Counted from the first letter of the stretch, positions 27,849 to 38,282 are shown. The stretch: DNA of 64,000 nucleotides from Thermoplasmata archaeon (GCA_027315165.1 DAHUYN010000004.1:15517-79516), one strand, 5' to 3'. Made by a program: numbers and translations. Notes: generated from the letters alone by a model not told the origin.

Positions 27849-28058
27849 ATGGGGGAGACGGGACGGTCGCCCGAGAAACCGGAGAAGACGGTCCATCTGC
27901 GCATCGACCCGAACGATGAGAGCACGACCCTCGAGGACGTCCTCACGAAGATCTCGGAGCTCCAGCGCCGGCACCCCGACCGCGAGGTCTTCTTCGACGG
28001 CGATGAGTACGCGATCTGCTCCCGCCCCAAGCGTCCCCGTGCCGCGGTCTCCCACTAG
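27849..28058 (+). CDS. Small acidic protein (69 aa), hypothetical
   Basis: MGETGRSPEKPEKTVHLRIDPNDESTTLEDVLTKISELQRRHPDREVFFDGDEYAICSRPKRPRAAVSH. It lies immediately downstream of the strong promoter motif. Its 3' end overlaps the proposed tpiA start. Confidence 0.35.
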   Translation: MGETGRSPEKPEKTVHLRIDPNDESTTLEDVLTKISELQRRHPDREVFFDGDEYAICSRPKRPRAAVSH

Positions 28059-28749
28059 GCCCCGGGGGCTCGGGTCCCCGCTCCTCCTGCTCAACCTCAA
28101 GGCCTATCCGAACGCCTTCGGACCCGCGGCCGAGCGCCTGGGCCGGCTCTTGGAGGCGCGGGGCGTCGAGCACGGGGTCGAGGTGGCGATCGCTCCCGCG
28201 GCCCCGGACGTGGGGCTCCTCGCGAGGTCGCTCGGGATCCCGGTGCTCGCGCAACACGTCGACCCGGGCGGACCCGGCGCGCGCACGGGCTGGCTTCCCG
28301 CGGCCGCCCTGCGAGGCGCGGGCGCCACCGGCAGCCTGTTGAACCACTCCGAGCACCGGACCCCGCTGGCCGAGCTCCGTGCCGCGGTCGCCGCGTTGCG
28401 AGAGGTGCATCTCGTCTCGGTCGTCTGCGCCAAGGACGCGGTCGAGGCCCGGCGCCTCGCCGCCCTCGAGCCCGAGTTCCTCGCGGTCGAGCCGCCCGAG
28501 CTGATCGGCGGCACGATCTCGGTCTCGAGCGCGAGACCCGAGGTCGTCTCGGAGAGCGTCGTGGGCGTGCATCGAGCGTCGCCGACGACCCGCGTCCTCT
28601 GCGGCGCGGGCGTGCACGACCGGGCCGACGTCCGAAAGGCGCTCGAGCTCGGCGCGGCGGGCGTCCTCGTCGCGAGCGCCGTCACGAGGGCTTCCGACCC
28701 CAAGGCCGCGCTCGACGAGCTCCTCGCCGGGTTCCCGCCACGCCGCTAG
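28003..28749 (+). CDS. tpiA: Triosephosphate isomerase, archaeal short type
   Basis: ...LLLLNLKAYPNAFG..., active-site region GSLLNHSEHR, CGAGV (the C-terminal loop motif). The archaeal-sized body is about 225 aa. The ATG at 28003 is the first in-frame ATG; the start could also be a non-ATG codon near 28060. Confidence 0.8.
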   Translation: MSTRSAPAPSVPVPRSPTRPRGLGSPLLLLNLKAYPNAFGPAAERLGRLLEARGVEHGVEVAIAPAAPDVGLLARSLGIPVLAQHVDPGGPGARTGWLPAAALRGAGATGSLLNHSEHRTPLAELRAAVAALREVHLVSVVCAKDAVEARRLAALEPEFLAVEPPELIGGTISVSSARPEVVSESVVGVHRASPTTRVLCGAGVHDRADVRKALELGAAGVLVASAVTRASDPKAALDELLAGFPPRR

Positions 28750-29105
28750 CCCTCCTCCCCGACGAGCCCGAGAGGCTTTGACCCGGGAGCGTCTCCCGAT
28801 GGTCGGGGGGGCATGAGCACGAAGTTGACGGCGGACGCGTACGGCCTCCTCGACGGCCGATGAGCCCCGAACGGCGCTCGCGCGCCCGAGCGGGGGGACA
28901 ACGACGGGCTCGCGGACGGCCCCGACCTCGGGTCCGGTCGAGCCGCGCCGGCGCGAGTACGAGCACCCGCACTCCGAAGCGAGGGGCCCGGGTCCCGCTG
29001 CGCGACGAGCTCGAGTCGCTCACCCGGCGTCTTCAGTGGGAGCGGCCTCCCGCCCCGCCCGCCACGACGCGGGCCCCGCGCCCGGTCGGGTCGCTTCGGA
29101 TCCTG

Positions 29106-30248
29106 ATGGTCGGCTGGGAGTTCCCGCCGCACCACACCGGCGGGCTCGGCGTGCACTGCTACGAGCTCTGCCGCGAGCTGACCCGGCTCGGCCACAAGGT
29201 CACCTTCCTCACGCCGTTCCACGGCCCCTTCACGCCCGTCGAGGGGGTAACGTTCCGCTGGCCCGGCAGCGACCCGGCCGTCGACGCGCGGCTTCCGGGG
29301 ACCTACGACTTCGGTCCCGGGCCGGGGCCGTCCGCGCTCGCGGCGATCGACCTCTACAACGACTGGATCGGTGCGCTCCCCGAGGTCGCCGAGCACGACC
29401 TCCTCCATGTTCACGACTGGTTCGGGACCGTCGGAGCCGTCCGAGCGGCGCACCGGACCCGCCTGCCCCTCGTGATGACCGTCCACTCGACGGAGTACGA
29501 CCGCTCGCTGGGCCATCCCTGGGCCCACATTCTCGCGCGCGAGCAGACGGGACTCGACCACGCCGACCGAGTGATCGCGGTGAGTCGCCACCTCGGCCAG
29601 CAGCTGAGAGAGCGCTACGGGGTCCCCGAGGGGAAGCTGAGGGTCGTCTACAACGCCGTGCGCCCGAGCCCGAGGCTGGCGCGGCTCGAGCACTCGAGGT
29701 CGATCGTGCTGTACGTCGGCCGCCTCGCCGCGATGAAGGGCGTCGACACCTTCCTGCGCGCGGCCCAGCGCGTCTCCGAGCACGCCCCGGGGACGCTGTT
29801 CATCGTGGCCGGCGAGGGGCCGGAGTATCCGCGACTCCTCACGCTCGCGGCCCACCTCGGGATCTCCGACCGGGTCCTGTTCCTCGGGCACGTCTCCGAG
29901 GAGGAGCGGGACCTCCTGCTCGCCTCCGCCTCGGTGTTCGTCCTCCCGTCCGTCGTCGAGCCGTTCGGCATCGCCGCGCTCGAGGCGATGGCCGCCGGGG
30001 TCCCGGCCGTCGTGTCGAAGACGAGCGGTGTCGCCGAGATCGCCGACAGCGTCTTCGCGGTCGACTTCTGGGACACCGAGGAGTTCGCGAGCCGGATCAC
30101 CGAGCTGCTGCGATACCCCGAGCTCCGGAGCGCCATGGGGGCGCGCGCCCAATGGACGGCGCTCAAGGAGGGCTGGGCCGAGCGGGCGCTCCAGACGGTC
30201 CAGGTCTACGGGGAGCTGACGGGCGGGAAAGGCGCCCGGACGCGCTGA
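29106..30248 (+). CDS. Glycosyltransferase family 4 (GT-B fold)
   Basis: N-terminal ILMVGWEFPPHHTGGLGVHCYEL. EX7E motif SVVEPFGIAALEAMAAGVP. 380 aa from the ATG. The upstream part of the track ORF is Arg-rich junk. Confidence 0.8.
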   Translation: MVGWEFPPHHTGGLGVHCYELCRELTRLGHKVTFLTPFHGPFTPVEGVTFRWPGSDPAVDARLPGTYDFGPGPGPSALAAIDLYNDWIGALPEVAEHDLLHVHDWFGTVGAVRAAHRTRLPLVMTVHSTEYDRSLGHPWAHILAREQTGLDHADRVIAVSRHLGQQLRERYGVPEGKLRVVYNAVRPSPRLARLEHSRSIVLYVGRLAAMKGVDTFLRAAQRVSEHAPGTLFIVAGEGPEYPRLLTLAAHLGISDRVLFLGHVSEEERDLLLASASVFVLPSVVEPFGIAALEAMAAGVPAVVSKTSGVAEIADSVFAVDFWDTEEFASRITELLRYPELRSAMGARAQWTALKEGWAERALQTVQVYGELTGGKGARTR

Positions 30249-30360
30249 GCCAACCGCCCGCGCGCCCGCCCGAAAGACGACCCCCTCGAGGAACCCCGGA
30301 CCGCCGGCGGCCCGAGCGCCGGGCGGACCCGGGTTCCTCGACCCGGGATCCTGTGGACCT

Positions 30361-33300
30361 CTACGGGGGCGGCGTCGGACCGGTGGGCCCACCGCTCGGC
30401 GGCGCCGAGGCGGCGGCGGCGCCCGCGGGAGGCTGCGCCGGGACACCGGAGCCGGGGCGCTTGCGACCGAGGAAGAGGAGCCACCCGATGACGGCGACGA
30501 CGAGCGCCAGGAGCAGCCCGGCGGCCAGCCCGTAGACTTCGGTGCTCGAGGTCGAGCTCGTCCCGGTCTTCGTCGTCCCCGACGGGGTCGAGGGGGTCGC
30601 GTACGCCGCGAGGTAGACCGTGACGCCGTTCCCGGCGACCACGACGGTCCCGCTCGCCGAGCTGACGTTGTAGCCCGAGGGCACCGTCACCGTGTAGGGG
30701 TAGCGGCCCGCCGAGACGTGGAACGTCACGGTCGTCGAGGTGGCGGACTGGCTCGAGCCGTTGAGGTTCACCGACCACGAGCTCCCGGACGGGAGTCCGC
30801 TCAAGACGAACTGGACCGAGAAGCTCACCGACGTCGACACGGTGAACGCGATGGGGACGTCCACCGCCGCGCCACCGACCGTGACCGTGCCGGAGGCAGG
30901 GGCGATCGTGAAGCCCGAGATCGCGCCGACCGTGAAGGCGTAGGTGCCGTTCGTCTCGTTGAAGGTGAGGTTGTCGCTCGTGGACGACTGGGTCACGCCC
31001 GCGAGCGTCACGGACCAGCTCGCACCCGCCGGCAGGGACGTCTCGGTGAAGGTCACCGCGTAGACGACCGGCGAGAAGGAGACCGCGACGACCTGGCTGA
31101 GGCCGTTCTCGATCCCCGTCCCCGACGCCGGGCTCGGCGCGTAGCGCGTGTCGGAAGAGGCGACCGAGTACGAGTAGGGCGTGTCGGCCCCGTTGGTCTG
31201 CGAGACGACGATCGTCCCGCCGCCGACCCCGCTCTGGGCGACCCCGTTGAGCGTGACCGACCACGGCGTGCCCGAGGGCAGCCCGTTGGACGTGAACGTC
31301 ACGGTCGCCGAGGTCCACGGGGTCATCAGCGGATACGCATCCGTCGCGCCCGAGACCGTGTAGGACGTGTCGCCGATCCCGTCGCTCCCCGGGAGCGTCT
31401 GCTGGGGTCCCGAGTAGTGGTCGAGCCCGCTGTAGCCGGTCCAGTAGTTCCCGCCGATCGGGTAGGGGGCGTTCCAGGTGCCGGCGACGGTGTTCCCGGA
31501 CTGGGTGAACGCGGTCGAGTTGACGTTGTTGTGGTAGAACTGTCCCACCGAGGACACCGTGATCGTCACCGACGAGACGTCGCGGAGGTCGTTCCCCGAG
31601 ACCGTCGCGAGGTTGTCCCCGTAGAGATAGACGCTGGAGCCGCCGCCGAACCGGTTGTTCGTGAGCTCGGAGGGGTAGCTGCTGTACTCGAGGTCGAGGG
31701 CGTAGCCGACCGCCCCCTGAAGGAGGTTCTGCGTGATGTCGACGCCGAAGGAGTTGGAGTAGTCGTAGACGGCGTCGTAGCCCGCGTTGCGGAGGTCGTT
31801 GCCGCTGATGAGGTCCAGACCGGCGTCGTGCTCGAGGTCGACGGCGGTGTTCGTGACGTTGACGGCCCGGTTGTCCGAGACGGTCACGCCGAGGCCCGAG
31901 TACGAGTAGATTCCCTCGTACCCCGCGTAGGAGAGGTCGTTGCCCGAGACGACGGTAGGCGCGTAGTCGCAGTACTCGAGGTAGACGGCGTCGGTACCGG
32001 CATGCGTGATATTGTTGCCGAGGATCGAGACGGCCCCCTCGGACTCGTAGACGTAGACCCCGTAGAGGAGGGCGTGGGTGATGTTGTTGTCCGTGACGTT
32101 CAGCGCGGCGGTCGAGTAGGCGAAGTTGTCGTAGTAGACGCCGGCGTACCCGGCCCCGGCGAGGTCGTTCCCGGCGATCGTGAGCGCGGCGCCGCCCGAC
32201 TGGTACGCGTCGTAGATCGAGGTCGAGGACGTGTTCGCGAGAACGCTGTCGGTGATCGTGACCGGTCCGTAGCTCAGGTAGAGGTAGACCGCGTCCGACG
32301 AGGCGTTGCTGATGTGGTCGGAAACGACGCTCAGGGAGCCGTAGGAGCTGTCCGAGTAGATCCCATAGCCGGCGTTGTCCATCACATTCCCCTGGACGAG
32401 CGTCGGGCCGTAGGCGGAGTAGACCTCGACGGCCGAGCCGTAGGTGGGGGCGTAGGACATGCTGTTGTTGACGATCCAGGTCGGGCCGTAGCTCGCATCG
32501 ACGTACACGGCCTCGTTCGTGAAGTTCGTGACGACGTTGTTCGAGACCGTTACCGCGGTCGTCTCGTAGAGGTAGACGCCCACGTTCTGAGCGCCCGTGA
32601 GGTTGTTCCCATCGAGGAGGACCCCGCTGGAGAGGGCGACCTCGATGCCGTCGCCCAGCGCGCCGGAGACCGGGATGTCGTTGCCGGTCACGAGGAGGTT
32701 GTGGTCGTTGGAGTCGTAGATGCCGTAGGAGTCGTGCCCGAGGAAGTTGTCGTGCTCGGAGACGTTGGTGCTCGCGCTCGCCCAGACGCCTTCGGACGAG
32801 ACGGAGGTGGCGGCGGTCTCCGTGATGAGGACGTTCGTCGAGCCGTAGACGCCGACCCCGGTGTAGGTCGAGGAGGCGTTGTTCCCCTCGAAGACCACAT
32901 TGAGGCACGTGCTCGCCTGGAAGCCGTAGTAGGTCGAGGCCCCGTTGTTCCCGATCACCGAGAGGTCGCTGACGAGGTAGGCCGCGAGGGCGTAGTCGAA
33001 GAGACCCGCGCCGCCCTCGAGGTAGTTGTTCTCGACGAGGAGCCCGCTCGAGCTGAACAGGTCGATGGCGTGGTTGGCCGTCGCGTTCGCGACATTGCCC
33101 GAGATGGTGACGCCGCTCGCGTCGATGACGTAGATCCCCTCGTAGGCTCCGGTCGCGTTGTTGCCGGTCACCGAGCCACCGGTGGTGCCCGCCTCCGCGA
33201 TGGCGATGTTGCCGGCGCGCTCGACGTGGTTGCCGGAGACGACCGTTCCGGTCGAGTTCAGGACCTCGATGTCGATGTTCGAACCGGCGACCGCGTTCCC

Positions 33301-33720
33301 GGAGACCGTCGCGTACGTCGAGTTCTCGACGAGGATCCCGAGGGTGGCGTTCGTGCTCGCGAAGTCCTCGACGGTGACCGCCGTTGCGTTCGCGACCGTG
33401 ACGGCCGCGCCGTCGCCGCCCAGCAGGCCCACCGTGTAGTTGACCGCAAAGCCGCTGCCGTTGACGACGACCCCGCTCGCCAGGACGACCAGGGCGCCGC
33501 TGAAGGGGGCCGTCAGGTGATAGACACCCGCCGAGACCGAGATCGGGGCCAACGGGTTGCTCACCGAGCCGTTCGGATCGATCGTGACGACCCCGAGGCT
33601 CGCGGCGGGGGAGACGAGGGTGCCCGGCGATCCGGCCCGGGCGGACCCGACGACGGCGAATCCGGCGACGAGCAGCACTGCGACGATCGCGAGCGAGGTC
33701 CACATCGAAGAGATCTTCAT
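30361..33720 (-). CDS. Giant secreted cell-surface protein: signal peptide, right-handed parallel beta-helix (pectin-lyase-fold/NosD-like) repeats, four ~90-aa GLPxGTxWSVTL repeat domains, a Thr/Ser-rich stalk and a C-terminal TM anchor
   Basis: MKISSMWTSLAIVAVLLVAGFAVVGSARA signal. Dozens of PbH1-like repeats (GNNxxG/IxxxxSxNN). Repeats TFTSNGLPSGTPWSVTLNGV, FTETSLPAGASWSVTLAGV, FVLSGLPSGSSWSVNLNGS. C-terminus GLAAGLLLALVVAVIGWLLFLGRKRP followed by a Pro/Ala tail. Extremely sequon-rich. Confidence 0.8.
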   Translation of the reverse strand: MKISSMWTSLAIVAVLLVAGFAVVGSARAGSPGTLVSPAASLGVVTIDPNGSVSNPLAPISVSAGVYHLTAPFSGALVVLASGVVVNGSGFAVNYTVGLLGGDGAAVTVANATAVTVEDFASTNATLGILVENSTYATVSGNAVAGSNIDIEVLNSTGTVVSGNHVERAGNIAIAEAGTTGGSVTGNNATGAYEGIYVIDASGVTISGNVANATANHAIDLFSSSGLLVENNYLEGGAGLFDYALAAYLVSDLSVIGNNGASTYYGFQASTCLNVVFEGNNASSTYTGVGVYGSTNVLITETAATSVSSEGVWASASTNVSEHDNFLGHDSYGIYDSNDHNLLVTGNDIPVSGALGDGIEVALSSGVLLDGNNLTGAQNVGVYLYETTAVTVSNNVVTNFTNEAVYVDASYGPTWIVNNSMSYAPTYGSAVEVYSAYGPTLVQGNVMDNAGYGIYSDSSYGSLSVVSDHISNASSDAVYLYLSYGPVTITDSVLANTSSTSIYDAYQSGGAALTIAGNDLAGAGYAGVYYDNFAYSTAALNVTDNNITHALLYGVYVYESEGAVSILGNNITHAGTDAVYLEYCDYAPTVVSGNDLSYAGYEGIYSYSGLGVTVSDNRAVNVTNTAVDLEHDAGLDLISGNDLRNAGYDAVYDYSNSFGVDITQNLLQGAVGYALDLEYSSYPSELTNNRFGGGSSVYLYGDNLATVSGNDLRDVSSVTITVSSVGQFYHNNVNSTAFTQSGNTVAGTWNAPYPIGGNYWTGYSGLDHYSGPQQTLPGSDGIGDTSYTVSGATDAYPLMTPWTSATVTFTSNGLPSGTPWSVTLNGVAQSGVGGGTIVVSQTNGADTPYSYSVASSDTRYAPSPASGTGIENGLSQVVAVSFSPVVYAVTFTETSLPAGASWSVTLAGVTQSSTSDNLTFNETNGTYAFTVGAISGFTIAPASGTVTVGGAAVDVPIAFTVSTSVSFSVQFVLSGLPSGSSWSVNLNGSSQSATSTTVTFHVSAGRYPYTVTVPSGYNVSSASGTVVVAGNGVTVYLAAYATPSTPSGTTKTGTSSTSSTEVYGLAAGLLLALVVAVIGWLLFLGRKRPGSGVPAQPPAGAAAASAPPSGGPTGPTPPP

Positions 33721-33765
33721 TCGAACGGCTCCTAGAGCGGGTTCCGCGTAGAACTCCGCTGAGCG

Positions 33766-33781
33766 ACCTACTAAAGACTTT
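33766..33781 (-). promoter_or_regulatory. Promoter motif AAAGTCTTTAGTAGGT, about 48 nt upstream of the surface-protein ATG (33720)
   Basis: It matches the 27804-27819 motif at 14 of 16 positions. The core AAAGNCTTT is itself palindromic. Confidence 0.4.
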
Positions 33782-34173
33782 GGGCGCGGACGAGCGGGCG
33801 TCGGCGGCTCTCGGCGGTCTCGGCGAGACCGTTCGGGAAGGGATCGCGTCCGCAGGCCTGCCCCGATAGGTTACGGACCTCTCGACGGGGCGTCGGCGTC
33901 CCGGCGCGGACGAGCGCCCACCGCTTCCGGTCAGGCCCTGATATAGCCCCCGCCGGCCTTGCGCACGCGCCGGGAGCGCATGAGCGAGTACCGGGCCTTT
34001 GCGCCCCGCGACACAGCCCCGACCCCTGGGGGGGGAATTCTCGGTACCGCGCGGCCCTCTCCGACGCCGGAGGGGGAGGCCGGGTCGACGGGGTCCGCCC
34101 CTCCCCGGACCGTGCTCGTTCGACAGAGCCCTCCCACGGCGGGTCGCCCGGGACGACCCTCGTAGGAGCCCGA

Positions 34174-35352
34174 ATGCAGATCGTCCTCTACCTCCACCTG
34201 CACCAGCCGTGGCGCCTCGCCCGGTTCCGCTACCTCGACCTCGGCAGCGGTCGGTCCTACTTCGACGAGCCGAGGAACCTCGAGCTGTTCCGCGGCATCG
34301 CCGAGAGGTCGTACCGACCCGCGCTGGGCCGGCTGCTCTCGGCCCTCGAGGCCCACCCGGAGTTCCGGTGTAGCCTTTCGATCACCGGAACGTTCGTCGA
34401 GCAGGCCGACCGGGCGGCCCCCGACGTGCTCGAGCTGGTCCGCGCGCTCGTACGGACCGGCCGGGTCGCGCTCGTCGCCGAGACGTACTACCACTCCCTC
34501 GCCTTCCTGCTCCCTCCGCCCGAGCTCGCCGAGGAGGTGGCGCTGCACCGCCAGATGCTCTGGGACCGGTTCGGGGCCCGTCCGAAGGTGCTCCGCATGA
34601 CCGAGCTCGCCTACTCGGACGAACTGGCGCGCTTCGCGGAGTCCCAGCGATTCCACGGCATGCTCGCGGAGGGCTGGGAGGGGATCCTCCACGGGCATCC
34701 CCCGACGCATGTCTACTGTGCCGCGAGCGCTCCGACGGTGCAGCTCCTGCTGCGACACTACCCGCTCAGCGACGACGTCGGGTTCCGCTTCTCCTCGAGG
34801 GAATGGAGCGAGTACCCGCTCACGAGCGAGAAGTACGCGGGCTGGATCGCGGCGACTCCGGGAGAGGTCGTCAACCTCTTCATGGACTTCGAGACGTTCG
34901 GGGAGCATCACAAGGCCGACACCGGTATCCTCGAGTTCCTGAGCGCGCTGCCCGAGGCCGTCGCGGTGCACCCCCGCCTCGGCTGGGCCACGGTCGAGGA
35001 GGCGATCCACCTCCCCCCACGCGAGTCCGTCTCCGCGCCCGTGACCGTGAGCTGGGCCGACCAGAACCGGGACCTCGGTGCCTGGCTGGGCAACGACCTC
35101 CAGCGCTCGGCGTTCGAGGCCGCCAAGAAGGTGGGTGTGCTCGTCGAGAAGGCGGGGGATCCCGAGCTCCTCACGAGCTGGCGTCGGCTTCTCACCTCGG
35201 ACCACTTCTACTACATGTACGTGAGCGGGCACGGCGCCGACGCCGGCGTCCACCAGTACTTCAGCTCCTACGGGAGTCCGTACGACGCGTACGCCAACTA
35301 CATGAACGCGCTCACTGACCTGCGGCAGAGGGCCGTGGCCCGGCTCCGGTAG
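34174..35352 (+). CDS. Glycoside hydrolase family 57 (alpha-amylase / alpha-glucan-active enzyme)
   Basis: N-terminal MQIVLYLHLHQPWR (the GH57 HxHQP region). 392 aa. Confidence 0.75.
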   Translation: MQIVLYLHLHQPWRLARFRYLDLGSGRSYFDEPRNLELFRGIAERSYRPALGRLLSALEAHPEFRCSLSITGTFVEQADRAAPDVLELVRALVRTGRVALVAETYYHSLAFLLPPPELAEEVALHRQMLWDRFGARPKVLRMTELAYSDELARFAESQRFHGMLAEGWEGILHGHPPTHVYCAASAPTVQLLLRHYPLSDDVGFRFSSREWSEYPLTSEKYAGWIAATPGEVVNLFMDFETFGEHHKADTGILEFLSALPEAVAVHPRLGWATVEEAIHLPPRESVSAPVTVSWADQNRDLGAWLGNDLQRSAFEAAKKVGVLVEKAGDPELLTSWRRLLTSDHFYYMYVSGHGADAGVHQYFSSYGSPYDAYANYMNALTDLRQRAVARLR

Positions 35353-35366
35353 GACCTCGCGCCCCC

Positions 35367-37232
35367 ATGATCTCGCATCTCGCTGGGAACGGCCGGGTCC
35401 TTCTCACCGTCGACGAGGACGGTGTCTGGACGGACCTGTTCTACCCGTATCCGGGCCAGTTCCAGAACCTTCGCGAGGCTCGGCTGGGCCTGTACGATGT
35501 GGGGGGCCGACGGTTCGCCTGGCTTCAAGGGGAGACCGGCTGGCTCGCGCGGAGCGCGGTCCTCGACCGCGGTGAGAGCCCCGAGTTCCGCTGGAGCGGA
35601 GACGGGCTCGTCCTCACGGTCGAGGATCGCGTCCATCCGAACCACGACCTCGTGATCCGAACGCTCCGCCTCGCCAGCGACCGACCCCGGGAGCTCCGCC
35701 TGTTCGCCTACCACTCGCTCAAGATCGCGGAGTCGATGTACCAGGAGACCGCGTACGTCGACCCGGACCGACACGCGCTCGTGCACTACAAGCGGGGTCT
35801 CTACTTCGAGTTCTTCAGCGACCCGACGTTCACGGGAGCGGCCTGCGGCGAGCACACGCTCAAGGGGCTGCAGGGCTCCTACGTCGACGCCGAGGACGGC
35901 CGCCTCGAGGGACGCGCGATCGCGCACGGCGCCGCCGACAGCGTCCTCGAGTGGGACGTCCACCCGACCCCCGGACACCCGGCGCTCGTGCGCCTCATGC
36001 TCGCCCTCGGGCGCGGGCCCGAGGCTGCGCGGCGCGTGCACCAGTACGTGGCGACGGGGGGCGCGGAGCGGTTCGAACGAGAGGCGGCGGCGTTCTGGCG
36101 GGGCTGGGCCACGCGAGCCTGGCCCGAGCTGCCTCGGGACCTCTCGGACCGGGCCAAGACGCTCTACCGAAGCTCTACGAGAGTGATGCGGCTCGCCACG
36201 GGTACGAACGGGGCGATCATCGCCTCGCCGGACACGACCTCGCTCGTCGTCGGCGGCGACACCTACAACTACTGCTGGTGGCGCGACGGCGCCTACGTGA
36301 GCAAGGCGATGGACGAGGCCGGCCTCTATCAGCAGGCCCAGCGGTTCCTCTCCTTCGCGCAGCACTGCCAGAGCCCCGACGGCTCTTGGGTCCACCGACA
36401 CTTCCCGGACGGCGCCATCGGCAGCACCTGGCATCCTCCCCCGTTCCTGCAGATCGACCAGACGGCCTCGGTCATCGCCGCCACCTGGCACCATTTCAAG
36501 CGGGCCGGTGACGCCGACGTCCTCCTCGACCTCTGGCCGATGGTGAAGGGGGCGGCGAACTTCCTCACGGAGTTCCGCGATGCCGAGACCGGCCTGCCGG
36601 CCCCGTCGTTCGACCTCTGGGAAGAGCGCCGGGCCATCCATCTCTACTCGAGCGCGGCGGTCGTGCACGCCCTCGAACGTGCCGCCCGCGTCGCCGAGCA
36701 GCTCGGCAAGGACCCCGAACGCTGGCGACAGGCCTCTCGCGACTATCACGACCGAGCGCTCGAGCGGTTCTGGGACGCGGCCGAAGGACGGTTCGTCCGG
36801 TCCCTCTCGCCTCGGGACGACCGGAAGGACGCATCGACGCTCCTCGCGCTGAAGCTCGGCCTGCTCCCGCCGGAAGACCCGAGGTTCCGGACGACGGTCG
36901 ACACCCTCGAGCAGCGGCTTTGGAACCCCACGCAAGGCGGTCTCGCCCGGTACGAGGGGGACAGCTACTACGGCACGGAGAACCCGTGGATCGTCTGCAC
37001 GCTCTGGCTCGCCGAGGCCCGGCTCGCCCTGGGTGACCGGGAGCGCTGCCGGCAGCTCCTCGAGTGGGCGGCGGCGCATGCCACGGCGACGTTCCTTCTC
37101 CCCGAGCAGGTCGATGCCGCCACGGGCGGCCCCAAGAGCGCGACGCCGCTCACCTGGTCGCACTCGACGTTCGTCGATGTCGCCCACAAGTACTCTCGCG
37201 CCCAGGTCGGCGCGCCGTCGGAGGAGGACTAG
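35367..37232 (+). CDS. Glycoside hydrolase family 15 (glucoamylase/trehalase-like)
   Basis: N-terminal HLAGNGRVLLTVDEDGVWTDLFYP matches the GH15 LIGNGR...W start. The (alpha/alpha)6 region carries ...YNYCWWRDGAYV... and ...ENPWIVCTLWLAEA.... 621 aa. Confidence 0.8.
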   Translation: MISHLAGNGRVLLTVDEDGVWTDLFYPYPGQFQNLREARLGLYDVGGRRFAWLQGETGWLARSAVLDRGESPEFRWSGDGLVLTVEDRVHPNHDLVIRTLRLASDRPRELRLFAYHSLKIAESMYQETAYVDPDRHALVHYKRGLYFEFFSDPTFTGAACGEHTLKGLQGSYVDAEDGRLEGRAIAHGAADSVLEWDVHPTPGHPALVRLMLALGRGPEAARRVHQYVATGGAERFEREAAAFWRGWATRAWPELPRDLSDRAKTLYRSSTRVMRLATGTNGAIIASPDTTSLVVGGDTYNYCWWRDGAYVSKAMDEAGLYQQAQRFLSFAQHCQSPDGSWVHRHFPDGAIGSTWHPPPFLQIDQTASVIAATWHHFKRAGDADVLLDLWPMVKGAANFLTEFRDAETGLPAPSFDLWEERRAIHLYSSAAVVHALERAARVAEQLGKDPERWRQASRDYHDRALERFWDAAEGRFVRSLSPRDDRKDASTLLALKLGLLPPEDPRFRTTVDTLEQRLWNPTQGGLARYEGDSYYGTENPWIVCTLWLAEARLALGDRERCRQLLEWAAAHATATFLLPEQVDAATGGPKSATPLTWSHSTFVDVAHKYSRAQVGAPSEED

Positions 37233-37235
37233 CCT

Positions 37236-38282
37236 GTGCCGCGCGCGAGCCCCCGACGGTCCGCCGGCTCGGGACGGCTGGAGGGATCCGTGCTCGGGAT
37301 CGACCTCGGCGCGACGAAGGTCGTCGCGGGTCTCGTCTCACCCGAGGGGAAGGTCACCGCGGAGGCGGACCGCCGCGTACATCGGAACGACGGTCCACGA
37401 GGGGTCCTCGCGACGCTTCTTGAGGTCGCGCAAGGGCTTGCACAAGAGGGCCGACGCGTCGACGCCGTCGGCGTGGCGGTCGCCGCACAGGTCGACTCCG
37501 AGAGCGGCCGGGTCCTCTACGCCCCCAACCTCCGGTGGAGGGACGTTCCCCTGGGCGCCTGGCTCGCTCGACGCCTCGCCGTTCCGGTCCTTCTCGAGAA
37601 CGACGTCCGGTCCGCGACGTGGGGGGAGTGGCGCCACGGGGGCCACGAAGGCATCGGCAATCTCGCCTGCCTCTACGTCGGGACGGGCGTCGGGGGCGGC
37701 TTCGTCGTCGACGGTCGGCTGCTCGGAGGGGCCTGCCAGGCGGCCGGCGAGGTCGGACACCTCACGGTCGTCGCGGAGGGGAGGAAGTGCTCCTGCCCGA
37801 ACCGTGGGTGTCTCGAGGCGTACGTGGGCGGCTGGGCGATCGGCGCGCGCGCCCGCGAGGAGGCCCGGGCCCACCCGCGAGAGGCGGCGGCGATGCTCGA
37901 GCGCGCGGGAGGCCTTCGCCAGCTCGATGCGACGGTCGTGACCGCACTCGCGCGAGAGCGGGACCCCGCGGCGCACCGCCTGATGGAGGAGACGGGCACC
38001 TGGCTCGCCGCCGGCGCCGTCTCGATCGTGAATGCGTTCAATCCCGAGCGACTCTTGCTCGGAGGCGGCGTCCTCGAGGGCTACCCCGACCTGGCCCGCT
38101 CCGTCGCGCGCGCCGTGGCCCGTCGAGCCCAGCCCCCCGCGGCCGCGGCCGTTCGGGTCGGCCGGGTGCGCCTCGGCGCCTGGGGGCCCGTGATCGGCGC
38201 GGCGTCGAGGGTTCGCGACCGCCTCGAGGCCCGCGGGCCTCACGGCGGTGCGCCTCGCGCGAGAGGGAGGTCGCGCCGTTGA
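37236..38282 (+). CDS. ROK-family sugar kinase (glucokinase-like)
   Basis: LGIDLGATKV (ATP-binding), CxCGxxGCxE zinc motif KCSCPNRGCLEAY. GTG start at 37236 or at 37290. The stop overlaps the next gene's TTG start (TTGA). Confidence 0.8.
   Translation: MPRASPRRSAGSGRLEGSVLGIDLGATKVVAGLVSPEGKVTAEADRRVHRNDGPRGVLATLLEVAQGLAQEGRRVDAVGVAVAAQVDSESGRVLYAPNLRWRDVPLGAWLARRLAVPVLLENDVRSATWGEWRHGGHEGIGNLACLYVGTGVGGGFVVDGRLLGGACQAAGEVGHLTVVAEGRKCSCPNRGCLEAYVGGWAIGARAREEARAHPREAAAMLERAGGLRQLDATVVTALARERDPAAHRLMEETGTWLAAGAVSIVNAFNPERLLLGGGVLEGYPDLARSVARAVARRAQPPAAAAVRVGRVRLGAWGPVIGAASRVRDRLEARGPHGGAPRARGRSRR

Noticed and set aside
28860-29105. Upstream 82 codons of the GT4 track ORF as part of the protein
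   Set aside because: It is an Arg/Pro-rich low-complexity segment. The GT4 family N-terminus (ILMVGWEFPP) begins at the ATG at 29106.
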